DNA of 64,000 nucleotides from the NCBI RefSeq assembly GCF_009914755.1, contig NC_060935.1; one strand, written 5' to 3'. Both the position numbers and the translations under genes were made by a program. This DNA comes from the human T2T-CHM13v2.0 reference genome, Homo sapiens. Within the stretch, counting starts at the first letter, position 1, and each line of letters starts with the position of its first letter. Below the pieces are notes generated by a model that was not told where the DNA came from, ran no database searches, and saw nothing but the letters and a program-made list of their open reading frames with translations. This document shows positions 28,601 to 44,049 of this stretch, piece by piece.

Positions 28601-28804
28601 CAGCAATTCTCAGCCTCTGCACTATTGACATTTTGGGTCAGATAATTCTTTGTTGTGGGACGTTGTCCTACGCACTGTAGTATTTAGCAGTATCCCACAA
28701 GATGCCATTAGCAGCCACTTCCCACCTTGTGACAATCAAAAGTCTCTGCTGACATTACCAAATGTCGCTGCTGGGCAAAATTGCCCCCCAGTTGGGAATT
28801 TCTA
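28601..28804. mobile_element. MER20 (hAT-Charlie MITE)
   Basis: gcactattgacattttgggtcagataattctttgttgtggg...ggcaaaattgcccccc; perfect 8-bp TSD GTTTAATC. Confidence 0.92.
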
Positions 28805-29078
28805 GTTTAATCCTTCATTTTATTAAACCACATCTGAAAATATCTTCCCAAGAAAGGCTGCATAGAATGTAAATTTTTTGAGACTTTGTATGTCTGAAAT
28901 CTTCTTTATTCCTACCTTATGTCTGATTGTTAATTCTTCTGATTCTACAACTGTGGATTGAAATAATGCTGGTCTCCTGCTGCCCCAGCTTTTCAAGCTA
29001 TTGCTCCACTGTCTTCTGGCTGTCAGTGTTGTTGTTAAGTTGGATGTCACTCAGATTCATTTTTCTGTTTTGGCAATT

Positions 29079-29658
29079 ATGTTAGTTATTAATTGCTGCA
29101 TAATACACTATCTGTAACTTAGTGATTTTAAACAGCAACCTGGTTGTTATTTTTCATGATTTTGTGGGTTGGTTGGGACTCAGCTGTCTCACCTGGGGCC
29201 TCTCATGTGGTCTCCCTCTCAGCTGGAGGGCAGATGGGGCTGGAATCTCCAACATGACTTCACCTACACATCTGATGTCTTAGTCGGATGGCTGGAAAAC
29301 TGCTCAGCCAGGAAACTGGGGTGGCTGAACGTTTGTTTTTCTCCAGGTAGTCTGAGGGTCTCTCTCCTTGTGACCTCTTTGATAGGATCAGTCTCTCCAT
29401 GTAGTTTCTCAGCAGACCACCTGAACTTCTTACGTGGCAACTCAGGGCTTCTGAAAGCAGAAAGGCAGAGCAGCTAGGTATTCCTCAGACTTAGGACAAA
29501 GTCTGGCATAGAATCTCTTCTGTCTCATTCCATTACTTAGAGTGAGTCACAGGGCCGAACCAGATTTCATGTGGGAGGGGACTGCATGAGAGTGTGAGTG
29601 TTGGGAAGCGTGGTTCACTGGGACTCATCTTTGAAGACTAGTTACCAAAGCTACCACA
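29079..29658 (-). mobile_element. MLT1-family MaLR LTR (old subfamily)
   Basis: tgttagttattaattgctgcataa...aacttagtg...catctttgaagac...ctaccaca. Confidence 0.8.
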
Positions 29659-30802
29659 TTGTTGTTTCTCAAATACTTTTTCTTGTTTTCCGAAAGTTTC
29701 TTTTTTTATAGCCTTCTGTTCTTAGTTCATGGATGCAGTATTTTTTCTTTACAGAGTATATTAATTATAAATTTAATATCTTTTGTGTCTCCTTTCCTTT
29801 GACTGCCATTTCCTCTGTTTTGATTTTCTGCCATTGGACGGAAGCTTATCCTGAGTGCTCCATTCCAAGTGAGACTCTAAAAAGCTGATTGGAGTCTCAG
29901 GAATAATCGGTGTGGCTTGTCAAATCATTGCCTTCCTGGTATGGCGATGGGGCTCAGAACCAGTTGTCTTATTGTGGGTGTTATAAATGTCATTTTGGGG
30001 TGTGTTTTTCTTTAGGATTTTTCCATTTCTCCAGAGAAAGAGTGTCCCACCTTTTGCCTGAGGGGAATTGTTTGGCAGTCAGTATTCTTGAGACCATAGA
30101 GTGGAAGAAGGCTGGGTGCACAAAATTGATTATCTAGACTTCCATGGAATCCCCCTCCTTTTGACACAGTGCCTCTTCCCTGTTCTCTACTCTACCGGAT
30201 CCTGTCTGAAGACTCTTCACTTGGTTTTTCCAGATAATTACCTAGTTCTTAATACCACTGAGAAGGGGAGTCACCTGCCTTCTCCTACTGGGAGAGAACC
30301 TGAGGGACTAACTGCCCATTATACAGACTTTCAACCTAATCCTCCCTTTTCTGTCTACCCCTCTTCCCACCTTTGTATCTTGGTGCTTCCAGTTTCTAAG
30401 GCTTTTCAAGTATTCTTGAACACAGATCAGCTTGACTCTCATTGACATTTCCTTCTGCAAACACTTAGGCTTTAGCTATTCCAACTCTCTAAAGTCAGTT
30501 GTTTATTCCTCTACTTACATTCCAGTTTTCAAAAATGTGTTGCTATCTCTGGTCTGTTGTTTTCTTCTCTCCGTTTTATTTGTCTTTATGGTCTTATAAC
30601 GTTCACTCTCATTTTAGGGGGAACTCAGAACTCAAGAGGGAGTGTAGATAAACTTATGTTTAATTCACCATATATAATTCAAAACCTGTTTTCCTTTTCT
30701 AAAGCCCAGATAATTATATTTATAAACTTCCTAGTTTCAAGATCATACTTCGTCAATGGAAAATTCTATCTAACTTCAGTCTAACCTGTTGTAATGCATG
30801 AC

Positions 30803-30966
30803 CCAGTAGTTCTCAACTCTGGCTGTATATAATAATCATTTTTCTAGCTCTGAAAAATGCTGATACTTGGACCTACCCCAGATAAAATTAATCAGACTCT
30901 CTGAGGTGAACATGTGCAGCAAATAATAAGTATATTTGATGCGTAGCCAGGAAGGAGAATCAACAG
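30803..30966. mobile_element. MER5-type hAT MITE
   Basis: cagtagttctcaactctggctg...aatcagactctctg...gatgcgtagccagg..gagaatca. Confidence 0.75.
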
Positions 30967-30986
30967 TGTGACGGTGGTGATGGGGG

Positions 30987-31343
30987 TGTCTTAGTCCATT
31001 TGCATTGCTAGAACAGAATACTGGACACTGGGTAATTTACAAAGAACAGACATTCATTTCTCACAGTTCTGAAGGCTGGGAAGTCTGGCAAGGGCTGATC
31101 TCTGTTTCCAAGATGGCACCTTGATGCTGCATTCTTTACAGAGGAAGAATGCTGTGTCCTCATATGGTGAAGGCAGAAGAGCAAACAAGCCTAATGCTGT
31201 GTAAAACCTCTTTTATAAGGATCTTAATCCATTCATGAGGGGAGGGTCATTTATGACCTAACCACCTCTTAAAGGCCCCATCTCTTAATACTATCACATT
31301 GGCGACACGTGAATTTTGAAGGGGACACATTCAAACCATAACA
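30987..31343 (-). mobile_element. MST/MLT1A-type solo LTR
   Basis: tgtcttagtccattt...ggggacacattcaaaccataaca; TSD GGGGG. Confidence 0.9.
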
Positions 31344-31424
31344 GGGGGGTGATGGTGAGGCTGGGGTGGCAGTGTCTGCACTCTGACTGACTCCAAAGTC
31401 TGTTAACTCTTGAAAACCAACCCC

Positions 31425-31458
31425 CCACACAAACACACACACCACACACACACACACA
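31425..31458 (+). repeat. Imperfect (CA)n
   Basis: Read directly. Confidence 0.8.
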
Positions 31459-32334
31459 AACTCACACCACTTTCCCATTGGCTTCCTATGCAATGTTCCA
31501 TGCCTAGCTTTGGAAAATAAAGTATTTGGTGCTGTCACTACCTGCCCTGATTTTTACTTTTTTGTTACACTTGTATCAGAACCACTAGAGAACTCAAAAA
31601 CATGATGGGGAACAGATCCCTAGAACCCTAATTTCAGTTACTTATGGGATAAGAAATCTCCTTTATACCTCTTCTGTTCTAGTTATGTTAGTCTGTACTG
31701 AAAGGCAAGTTGTGGAGGGAAAGGAAAAATTTAAACTGGATGATCTCCCAGGCTTTCTAGACTTCGGAACTTTGATCTTCAATCTTTGCATAGGTGTTTT
31801 AAATTAGGTAATGTATATAAAGATTCTCTGAAAAGTGTAATGTGCTAGAAGCTGTTTTTAAAACACCTAAAGTGTGTAACTTTATGTGGACTCACAACAA
31901 AGTCACAAATTAACAGTCAAGTTAGCAAGTCAGGTAAAGTCTTTATCAACTCAGTCTAAGAAAGAAAGTAATTAAACAGTGATTTAACTCTACCCTGGGA
32001 CCTGATAATGGGAGGCCCACAATCTTGGTAGGATTAATTTTTAAGCTTTCTATAGTCTTTGGCTGCTCAGTGTCAGTCCCACATCAGATGTTTTATAGTT
32101 CCCATTACTCATATGGTTGATTTCTCAATATATTCTTAGTAGTCTGGACATGATATCTGGATATAAGGCACAAGTGTCATTAGTTTCTTTACAACTGTAG
32201 GTGTATTAGATATAATATCTAGAAAATAGTCTTACAGTGTATATGATATGCATGTGCTTCCCTTGCATGAAAAACAAGTTGCTTCACTATCACCAATTAT
32301 ATAAGCTTGTTTTATGAGTGCATTTTCAGCAAGT

Positions 32335-32465
32335 ATCCATTTGTTCATTTAAAAAATAGTTGTTCAGCACTCATTCTACACCTGGAACTGTTCTAGGAGA
32401 TAGGAATAAAGCAGTAAACAAGACAAATAAAAATCTCTTCTCTTTCTGAGCTTACATTCCAATGA
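32335..32465 (-). mobile_element. L2 3' end
   Basis: ggaactgttctaggagataggaataaagcagtaaacaagaca...gagcttacattc. Confidence 0.75.
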
Positions 32466-32960
32466 GAGCCAGGTGTGTGGTCTGTATGTGTTTCTATCAA
32501 TGTTTTGTCAGAGTATCTCATTTTCCTATCTACCCCAGGATCCTTGACATAACTGGCAGGCTACCAGGATATCAATTGGAATAAAGACTCAAGACTTTCT
32601 TAGGAAAAAACAAAAAAAAGGTCCTAAAAAAAAAAGAGAAAAGCTTCCCTTGACTTCTTAAGTTACATCTACCAAATAAACTTTCTAAAAGAAACGGTAA
32701 TATGCAAAAGTCAAATTCAACTTTTAAAAAATATTACCCGGTCTTTGGGATTGCCCTTATTATTGCTCATTGCTCTGTTAGGCTGCCAAAATCAGTGAGA
32801 GTAACTGCATTGTAAACATATTATCCTCTGTCTCCGACATTCTGGAATCCACTCAGACACTAATCATATCACTCCTTAAAGACCTTCAGGGGGCAACAGA
32901 ACAGTCTGAATAGGCTATCTGCTGGTTGTGTGACAATTTCCTTCTGGGAGCCATCTGTAA

Positions 32961-33383
<423 letters not shown>

Positions 33384-34084
33384 TAGTAGGAGAACCAAGG
33401 AAGGAGGATCTTGGCTTTCTAACGTAGGTGGGTAGCAGGGAGCTTATGTTCTTTCCTCATCCTTTACTCAAAACTCAAGAATCTGGGAGCAGAGCTTCCT
33501 GAAGGTGGACAGGCAGGTTGGTGTGAATGTGTGCTAATTCCTGATGTTTGCTGTCCCCTTATAAATGAACGTTTTTTTTTCTCATGATGAAACATCAGTG
33601 CAAATAAGCATTAAGTATTTCATAACCTGCAAATGGATTCTATTGGTTTGCCACTTCCTGAGTAGCAGCTGGGGAATGCATCACGTGGAACCAATTTTCT
33701 TGACCCTTCTTTCACAAAGAGAAATCAGTAATCAGTCCAGGTTATTATTTACAAACACTTGTTGACTGCCTTTAGACTTAAAGAGATTGCTCTGTTTTCT
33801 ATTACCTAGATGATATGCTGTCAATCTTGAAATTTCACTTAAAACTTACACCATCCTCCAAAACTGGGATTGATATGGGAGGCAGCGCCTGTGCTCATAT
33901 TGCATAAGGGTTTTTGTAGAGGCCAGAATTAATATACTTCTAGGTAACTAATGCATTTAATATTATTGGAATTGTGGCACAGTGATTTACAGCAACAGTA
34001 TTAGCACACTACTTCTGTATCATACTAAATTGTTCACAGCCCTCCCACCTACTCTCCCTCCCTCCTCCATGTCTCTTTTAGATT

Positions 34085-34225
34085 TCTCTATAACTCTGAG
34101 AGATAGATATTATTATCCCTGCTTTTACAGATGAAGGAACTGAAGCTTACAAAGTACAGATGACTATCCCGTTGATAGCAATTGCTTGAAGTTGGGCTTG
34201 AAACTTATGTCTGTTTCTTTTTTTG
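34085..34225 (-). mobile_element. MIR
   Basis: attattatccctgcttttacagatgaaggaactgaagc. Confidence 0.75.
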
Positions 34226-34260
34226 GATGTGCTAAAGAAAAAAAGAAGATAACATCCGTC

Positions 34261-34399
34261 TTTTTTTTTTTTTTTTTTTTTTAGGCTGGGGTTTAGTGGG
34301 ATCATAGCTCGCTGCGGCCTTGAACTTCTTGGCTCAAGTGATCTTCCTACCCCAGCCTCCCAAGTATCTTGGATTATGGGCACATACCACCACGCCCCC
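34261..34399 (-). mobile_element. Alu right-monomer (FRAM/AluJ) fragment
   Basis: T tail followed by partial right arm. Confidence 0.75.
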
Positions 34400-34407
34400 G
34401 TCTTAAC

Positions 34408-34714
34408 TTTTTTTTTTTTTTTTTGTGATGGAGTCTCGCTCTGTCACCCAGAATGTAGTGCAGTGGCACGATCTCGTGATCTCAGCTCACTGCAACCTCA
34501 GCCTCCTGGGTACAAGCAATTCTTCTGCCTCAGCCTCCTGAGTAGCTGGGATTACAGGTGCCCGCCACCACACCTGGCTATTTTTTGTATTTTTAGTAGA
34601 GATGGGGTTTCACCATGTTGGCCAGGCTGGTCTCAAACTCCTGACTTTAAGTGATCCGCCCGCCTCAGCCTCCTAAAGTGCTGGGATTACAGGCATGAGC
34701 CACTACACCCAGCC
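34408..34714 (-). mobile_element. AluS (Sx-like)
   Basis: Full dimer; TSD ttaactt/ttaacta. Confidence 0.9.
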
Positions 34715-35375
34715 TTAACTATTTTTAAGTGTGGAGTTCAGCAGCATTAACGATATTCACATTGTTGTACAATAAATCTTCAGAAGGTTTTCATCTTGGA
34801 AAACTGGAACTCTGTACACATTAAACAACAACTCCCCATTTCCCTCTTCTCACAGCCCCCTAGTAACCATTTTTCTACTTTCTGCTTTTATGAATTTGAC
34901 TACTTTATGTAAGTGGAATCATCTAGTATTTATCTGTTTGGGACTGGCTTATTTCACTTAATATGATGTCTCCAAGGTTCATCCCTGTTGTAGCATGTGA
35001 TGGGATTTTCTTACTTTTTAAGGATGAATAATATTCTACTGTATGTATATACCACATTTGGTGTATCCATTTATCATTCAACAGACACTTGGGTTGTTTT
35101 CAATTTTTAATTATTGTGAATAATGTTGCTATGAACATGGGTGTACAAATATTTCTTTGGGATCTTTCTTTCAATTCCTTTGAATTTATACACAAAAGTG
35201 GAACATATGATAGGTCTATGTTTAATTTCCAAGGAACTGCTATGCTGTTTTCCCTAGTGGTGACATCATTTTACATTCCCACCAGTAGGGCACAAGGGTT
35301 CCAGTTTCTTCACATCCTTGCCAGCACTTGTTGTTTTTTGCTCTTGGGTAATAGCCATCCCAATGGATGTGAGGC
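34715..35375 (-). mobile_element. L1MB-like 3' fragment
   Basis: attcacattgttgtacaa...ctggcttatttcacttaa...cacatccttgccagcacttg. Confidence 0.88.
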
Positions 35376-35918
35376 ATTTGAAACCTATGTCTTTTGACAG
35401 CAAGGTCAGTGTGGATCATACCACAACACAGAAACTACACTGCATCGCACCAACCACAGATGCCTGCAGAAAACACAGGAGAAGCTCTCTCAGAAATATG
35501 CAGTCCTGAATCTAATGGGCCCTGCTGCCCTGATCAGGATGGCTTATACAGGAACAGAGAGCACTTCTAGTGCAGTGCTGTATTGGATGGAATTGCGTCC
35601 CCTCAAAATTATACGTTGAAACCCTAACCCCCAATATGAGGGTATTTGGAGATGGGGCATGTGGGTGATAATTAGGTTATGAGGTCATGAGGGTAGAGCC
35701 TCCTGGGAGAATTAGCGCCCTCATAAGAAGAGACACCAGACAGTTTCCAATCTGTCTCCCTGCTTGCAAGGAAAGAAGAGGTCACGTTAGCACACAGCAA
35801 GAAGGTAACCATCTGCAACCCAAGGAGAAAGCCCTCACCAGAAACCCACCATGCCACCCACCTTGATCTTGGACTTCTAGCCTCCAGAACAGTGAGAAAA
35901 TAAATTTCGGTTTTTTAA

Positions 35919-36335
<417 letters not shown>

Positions 36336-37499
36336 CTATGATATTTTTTTTTAATGGCAGAGCAAGCCTTGATCATTGCTTTCTTCTTAAACCTTATTCA
36401 GTGTTTACTTCTACCAGCGATGGTAAATGAAGTCTGCTGTTTAGTCATAAAGCTGCTAAATTTCAAAGTCTTACTGAACAACAGAGTGATCAGGATGAAA
36501 GGCTGCCATCAATAATACGTTATCTTAGATGAAAACACACTGGACTAAGCGAAGAAGTCCCAATGTGTACAGATAAGTCTGTGGAATGGGGTTTGGAAAT
36601 AAAGGTTTTTGAGACTTTTTAGAAGTAAATGGGAATGGTTAACATGTAGTCCTGTCCAGAAATACAAATCCTAATCATTTCATACATCTCTACCCAATGA
36701 ATCTCTGATCTTTTTTTCCCATCTTTTTCTAGAACATATTCCATAATTGCTTCCAAGATGTGAAGATTTTCACTCTGGCTTCACCGTATTTTTAAAATCT
36801 TTGAATTTAGCCTTGGTCCATATACTTGGCAAAGAATAATTTCTATATTTCTCATGCATGGAGGGAGAAAAGGGCATAGAGGAGCTGGCTGCACTCTGAT
36901 CTTCACTGGAAGCTTTCCCTGCTTAGACAAGCAAAGGAGGGAGAAAATATCTTGTTTCACTGGCTCATATTGATTTCCTGGTCATGTCTGATACCTGCCT
37001 GTGGATAGACTTAATGGCTGCAGATAAATGAGGCTCAGCTAGCAGAAGGGAGGCTGCAAAAAATCACCTGAAAATGCTTTGCTTGTGTGGGTCTAATACA
37101 AAATTTAAAAAAATGCAGCTTTTTGAGTTGCAACTTACCATGACCCAGCCAGGCAAGGCACTGGGGAGAACTTAAATTATGGTCACAGGACTCCTGATTT
37201 GTGGATAAAAGACTGAGGATCACGTGTAGTGAGGGGCAGAAACAAGATTCTGCAACTGCTATTACACGGAGTGAACTGCAAATTGAGGGGACACTCCACA
37301 GAGCTGCTTTGCCATTTTTTTGGTAAGCTCAATTTGTACCCCTATGGGGCACCCTTTAATACTGGGATACTGGGCTTGGTGCAGAAGGTAAGCAGGAACT
37401 GTTTAGATTACATCCTGATCATTATTCTTTATTCTCTCCCTAATGCCAGGCCTTAATGCTAGGCCTTTATCACATAATAAATATTTGTGCTGCTCTATC

Positions 37500-37645
37500 A
37501 TCGTTCAGTGTGCACTACTTTGCATTTAGTTTTCTATAGTCTGTCTGCCAATGAGATTGCAAGTCCTTTGCATGCAGGGACAGGGTATCATGCTCTCTGC
37601 ATCCCCAGGGCTCTCCTTGTAGTGTCACATACATGAGCAACACTA
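37500..37645 (+). mobile_element. L2 3' fragment
   Basis: gattgcaagtccttt...gcagggacagggtatc...ctctgcatccccagggc. Confidence 0.6.
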
Positions 37646-38189
37646 GCTACAAACTGCTTCAGACAGCAGGAGAGGACAGATGGGGTAGACAAGGATCCTC
37701 CCCGGAATGGGGAAGGGAAGGAGGGGAAAGACTTAACTGAAGTTGCAGGGAGGAAGTACTGCCTGATATGCAAAATATGGCATATGATTAACAGACAGTA
37801 CATATTATGGGGAGCTATTCAGTAAGCACTTGTCATCAGGGAGCTCCAACAAGAATGATGGGTGGGTGTTCCTTAGATAGAGAGAATACAGTGACAGAGA
37901 CACTAGGAGTAAGCCATATCTGAGAACTCAAGAAGACAAAAGGCAGAACCAGGGCATCTTCTCATTAGGCAGCAGAAGCCTTGGCTCTGCTTTGCTGTCA
38001 AGAACAGAGTTCCAGTTCTTGAAGACTGAAGGACGGATTGACAGTAAGAAGGCAGGGTCCTCAATTCAGAAAGCCTCGCACTAGAGAGTAGTTGTTGGGT
38101 GTGTGTGAGCTCTGGTGTTAAACCCCCTTGGTCTGTGTCCCATTACAAGCTCTGTTACTGTTGAATATTTGCTAGGCTTCCAGGTGTGT

Positions 38190-39513
<1,324 letters not shown>

Positions 39514-39519
39514 CTAATT

Positions 39520-39672
39520 TTCTAATAATAATAATAAGATAATATTGAAGATTTGCTTGGTTCCAGATATTTCCATGAATGCTTTACATGTATCAAGTCA
39601 CAATCTCAGAAAACCCTATGAAAGAGTTCATATTATTATCCCCATTTTATAGATGAAGAGACTGAGGCACAT
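39520..39672 (-). mobile_element. MIR
   Basis: attattatccccattttatagatgaagagactgaggcaca. Confidence 0.85.
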
Positions 39673-39799
39673 GCCCTACAAAGACCTAAGCTGGGAAACC
39701 CACTACCTTGAGTGTTTTTGTTGCCACCTGAGCACAGGGATCTCAGATTGACATTGCAGTTTCTCAGCATTCCACCTCCAGGAAATGTTTTATTTCACA

Positions 39800-39885
39800 A
39801 CAGGCCAATGGGCCACGTGACTGAGGTGTTCTACTGAGAAGGGGCGGGGAGCAAGGAGTCTGAGGCTCACAGGCTATAATGGATG
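39800..39885 (+). promoter_or_regulatory. Promoter-like motif module (CCAAT, E-box, GC box, TATA-like)
   Basis: CCAAT 39805, CACGTG 39814, GGGGCGGGG 39841, TATAAT 39875. Confidence 0.3.
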
Positions 39886-40179
39886 GAGGAAGAAAAATTA
39901 GAGAACTGGGATTGGGGGCAGAGTCCTTGCCGGCCTTGTGAGGCTGTGGCTGGGTCTGATCTCATCTGCTGTAAGAGCTGGTCCTGAACTGTGTGGTTTG
40001 AGGCCTGGGCAGTGGTGAAGGCAGGAGGACTCACAAATCAACCAGGCTGTTGAAAACCCCAAGGAGCAACAGTACGGGCCAAAGGCCAGAGGTCTGAGGT
40101 CTGGGTTCTAGCCCTGGCTTTGCCATTAACTAGCTGTATGATTCTGGGCAAATCGGTTCATCTTTCTAGGCCCAGTTAC

Positions 40180-40460
40180 TTTTTTTTTTTTTTTTTTGAG
40201 ATGGAGTCTTGCCTTGTTGCCCAGCCTAGTGTGCAATGGCGTGATCTGAGCTCACTGCAACCTCTGCCTCCCGGGTTCAAACAATTCTCCTGCCTCAGGC
40301 TCCCAAGTAGCTAGGATTACAGGTGCCTGCCACCACACCCAGCCAATTTTTGTATTTTTAGTAAAGATGGGGTTTCACCATGTTGGCCAGGCTGGTCTCT
40401 AACTCCTGACCTCAGGTGATCTGCCTGCCTCGGCCTCCCAAAGTACTGGGATTATAGGCA
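40180..40460 (-). mobile_element. AluS (Sx-like) lacking about 20 nt at its 5' end, inserted in a MIR
   Basis: Ends at ggattataggca, followed by a second T-run. Confidence 0.9.
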
Positions 40461-41414
40461 CTTTTTTTTTTTTTTTAATAAATAAAATGCAAGTTTTTTT
40501 TTGTTATTGTGGTGATTGTTGTTTTTAATCTCCCAAGTGTTTTTGAACCCCATCATTCTGTGGTTCTATGGCTTTACTGCCATGCCAAGCAAGTCTCAGA
40601 ATGTTGGCACGCTGACCATTACTGCTTCCCTCCCTGCCCTCCATTCTTTTATAAAGGCCAACCAAAGATAACCATGCTGGTCCTGTGCTGGGCTAGAACA
40701 TTCTCTCCTCATAACATTCGTAAGAGATAGACATTATTTTGATTTTATGGATAAGGACTCATCCAAGTACACACACCAGCAATCCACATTGGGAATTCTA
40801 ATTGAGGCTTGCCTCTAAAATCTAGGTTGTTCATGAATATGTGACATGGCTTCTCTATTTTATGTTGGTTTCTATTGGCCACTGGCAAATACTGCTCTTT
40901 TTAGGGGCTGGTGGGGTGGTGGGAATGGTGTCTGAAGTGGAAAGAAGGCACTAGGTTTGGACCCATGCGCCACAGAGGCCCTTGGAAGGGGTGCAAATGG
41001 CATTGGCCTTGTGGCTCCAGTCTTTTCCAACTACTGCTCCAAGTGGGGCAACGAATGCAGATTTTCCTGCTAAGAACTTGCAGAGAATCCCAATAGGTTG
41101 TACTTCTTTTAACGCATAGAGTTTTCATGTGCCAGCAGCTGCCATAACACAAACACAGTCCCTTACTAACTGCTCTCCTAGGTCGCTTTTCCTGCCACGT
41201 GGCCTCCCTGCCCACGTCCCCTGGGAGGTGGCCGGAAAGCTGAGATGGGGGCGGCTGCAGTTGCTGCCTCTGGCTGACGTTCAGCTGCAGCAGGCAGGGT
41301 TGTTCAAGCTTGGAAGAATCACCACTAAAATGATTTGGGTTTGTGGTGGGGAAGCGGAGGGCAGTCCCTTTTAAGAGTTTCCTTTCACATTCCAGCCATC
41401 CACCCCCTGAAATC

Positions 41415-42555
41415 TTTCAATCATCCATTCATGTATTCATTCAAAAATTATTTAACGTGTTCTTTTTCTGTGTCAGGCACTGTTCTAGGCACTAGAGATC
41501 CAGTGGTGAACAAAAGAGGCATGTTCCCTGCTCCCAGGAAATTAATGTTTTAATTGAAGGGTCGGGGGGGATTTGGAGATAAGCAATCAGACAAATAAAT
41601 ACATGATATAATGTGAGATAGTGCTGAGTGTCTCAAAGAAAATGATTATATGGAGCCAGAGAGTGACAGAAATGCTGTTTTAAGCTGGGTGTCAGGAGAG
41701 GTCTCCCTGAGGAAATGACAGACACTGAGACGTAGTCAAGGAGCAAGCTGTGGAAATCTCTGGGGGAGAGTGGCCCCAAAGAGGGAGGAGAAAGTGCTAG
41801 GTCCTGAGATAAGAAGGGGCATGGCACTTCTGATGAGCAGTAGGAAGCCAGTGTACCTGGAGTACAAGGAGCAAAGCAGACGTAACATGGAGTTGCAGAG
41901 GCAACACAGACCATGTAAGGGCTTGGGATTTTCTTTTATTTTTGAGACAAAATCTCACTGTCACCCAGGCTGAGTGCAGTGGCATGATTATGGCTCATTG
42001 AAGCCTTTTCTCCTGGACTCAAGCAAACCTCCCACCTCAGTCTCCCAAGTAGCTGGGACAACAGCTGCATACCACCACTCCTGGCTAATTTTGTCCTTTG
42101 TGTAGAGGCGGGATCTTGCTATGTTTCCTGGGCTGGTCTTGAATTCCTGGATTCAGGGGATCCTCCTGCCTCAGCCTCCTAAAGTTCTGGGATTACAGAC
42201 ATGAGCCACCGTGCCTGGCTGGGATTTTATTTTAAATATGATGTGAAGCTGTTGGAACATTTTGAAAAGGGAAATGACACAATGAGATTTATGTTTAAAA
42301 TTATCTCCGTGGCCATGGAGATTGTAAGGAGCTCAGGGAAGGAGCAGGGAGATCCATTAGGAGGCCATTGCAAAAGTCCAGGCCAAAAGTGAGAGTGGCT
42401 CAGGCTCATGATGGATCCAGGTGGACAGAAGTAGCAGGATTCGGGATTTTTACAAAGATAGAACCAATAACATTTGCTGATAGATTGGATGTAGGTTGTG
42501 TGAGAAAGACAGCAGTTAATGATGACCCTCAGGTTTTTGGTTCTAAGGGCTGAAA
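41415..42555 (-). mobile_element. L2a 3' region split by AluJ
   Basis: caggcactgttctaggcactagagatccagtggtgaacaa...ggaggccattgca...tttgctgatagattggatgt. Confidence 0.88.
41938..42220 (-). mobile_element. AluJ
   Basis: Full dimer; TSD gggatttt(c/a)tttta. Confidence 0.9.
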
Positions 42556-42557
42556 AC

Positions 42558-43254
42558 TGTAATAGGCTGAATAATGGCTACCCAAAGAGATTCTGTCCTA
42601 ACCCCTGGAACTTGTCACATTTGAAAAAAGAGTTAATTTTACCTTACATGGTAACAAATCTCATTAAATATTTTGGAATTATTCTGGATTATCCAGATGG
42701 GACCAGGATGCCATTTAGTGTCTCTATACAAGAGAGGCAAAAGGGAGATGACACACACCTGAAGCAGGATGCCACGTAAAGGTGAAGGAAGGGTTTGGAG
42801 CGATGCAGCCACAGCCGGGGAATGCCACACCAGCAGCCACCAGAAGCTGGAAGAGGCAAGGATCAGCTTCTCCCTTTGAGCCCCTAGAACAGGGGTGTCC
42901 AAACTTTTGGCTTCCCTGGGCCACATTGGAAGAAGAATTGTCTTGGGCCACACATAAAATACACTAACATTAATGATAGCTGATGTGCTTAAAAAAAAAT
43001 CGCAGAAAAGTCTCGTTATGTTTTAAGAAAGTTTACAAATTTGTGTTGGGCCGCATTCAAAGATGTTCTGGGCTGCATTTGGCCCAAGGGCCACAGTTTG
43101 GACAAGCTTGCCCTAGAATGAGGGCAGCCGTGCCAACACCTGGATTCCAACCCAGTGAAATGGGTTTTGGACTTCTGGTTCCTAGAACTAAGAAATAATA
43201 AATTTCTGTTTTAAGCCACCAAATTTGTCATAGCTGCCATAGTAAAAGAATACA
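42558..43254 (+). mobile_element. MLT1C/D LTR interrupted by MER30
   Basis: tgtaataggctgaataatggc...ccaccagaagctggaagaggcaagga...ttaagccacc...gaataca. Confidence 0.88.
42890..43110. mobile_element. MER30 (hAT MITE)
   Basis: caggggtgtccaa...ttggacaagcttg TIRs; perfect 8-bp TSD CCCTAGAA. Confidence 0.94.
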
Positions 43255-43893
43255 ATGCAGGAAAAGATTCAGCAAAGACACCTGTACCAAGACAAAGGCC
43301 ATCGGTATATTAGGCCACTCGTAAATGAAATGGGACATTGAGAAGTGGACAAGAATCACAAAAGGTGTGGGAAAAACCAGGAACTTCTGTTGGAGGAGAG
43401 GGAGGGGCTGGTAGAAAGAGTGGAAAGAGGGGGAGGAGCTGGCATAAGCTGTTGTCTCTGGGCTGTGGCGCCTTGGCCAGATAAGCATCTTACCTTAGTG
43501 CTGAGACAGGCCTACAATTCAATCCAAATTGGATTTTTTATACATTAATTGAGCTTTGCTGAAACTGTGCTTTTCTTCTTTCAAGTCTAAATTCAAGTCT
43601 TGAAATGATTCCTTGGCTGAAATTAGATGGTTTTCCAGTGCTGGTTTCTTTCTACTCAAAGTTGTCTTTCATTGGCTGGCAATAACCAATTATTTGTGTG
43701 ATTTGTTTGCATTTGGATTTGGCCTGATTCAACAGGGCAAGCAGACTAGTCTCCCTGTCTGAATCCCCACCTGCCAACCCACCGACACCATCCTTTCTTG
43801 GAGTTCCTGTAGCCTGGAGTTTAAGGCCTTTTTATGTATTTGAGGGTACAATTTTCATAAGAAGTAATTTTTTTTGCTTTTTTAAAAAAATAA

Positions 43894-44049
<156 letters not shown>

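Larger units (their letters stand above)
27500..30670 (-). mobile_element. Old fragmented L1M (L1MC4/L1ME-like) hosting MIR, MER20 and MLT1
   Basis: tatcaaagtaatacatgtacat, aggcaaccactttaat, ttgctccactgtcttctggc. Confidence 0.55.
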
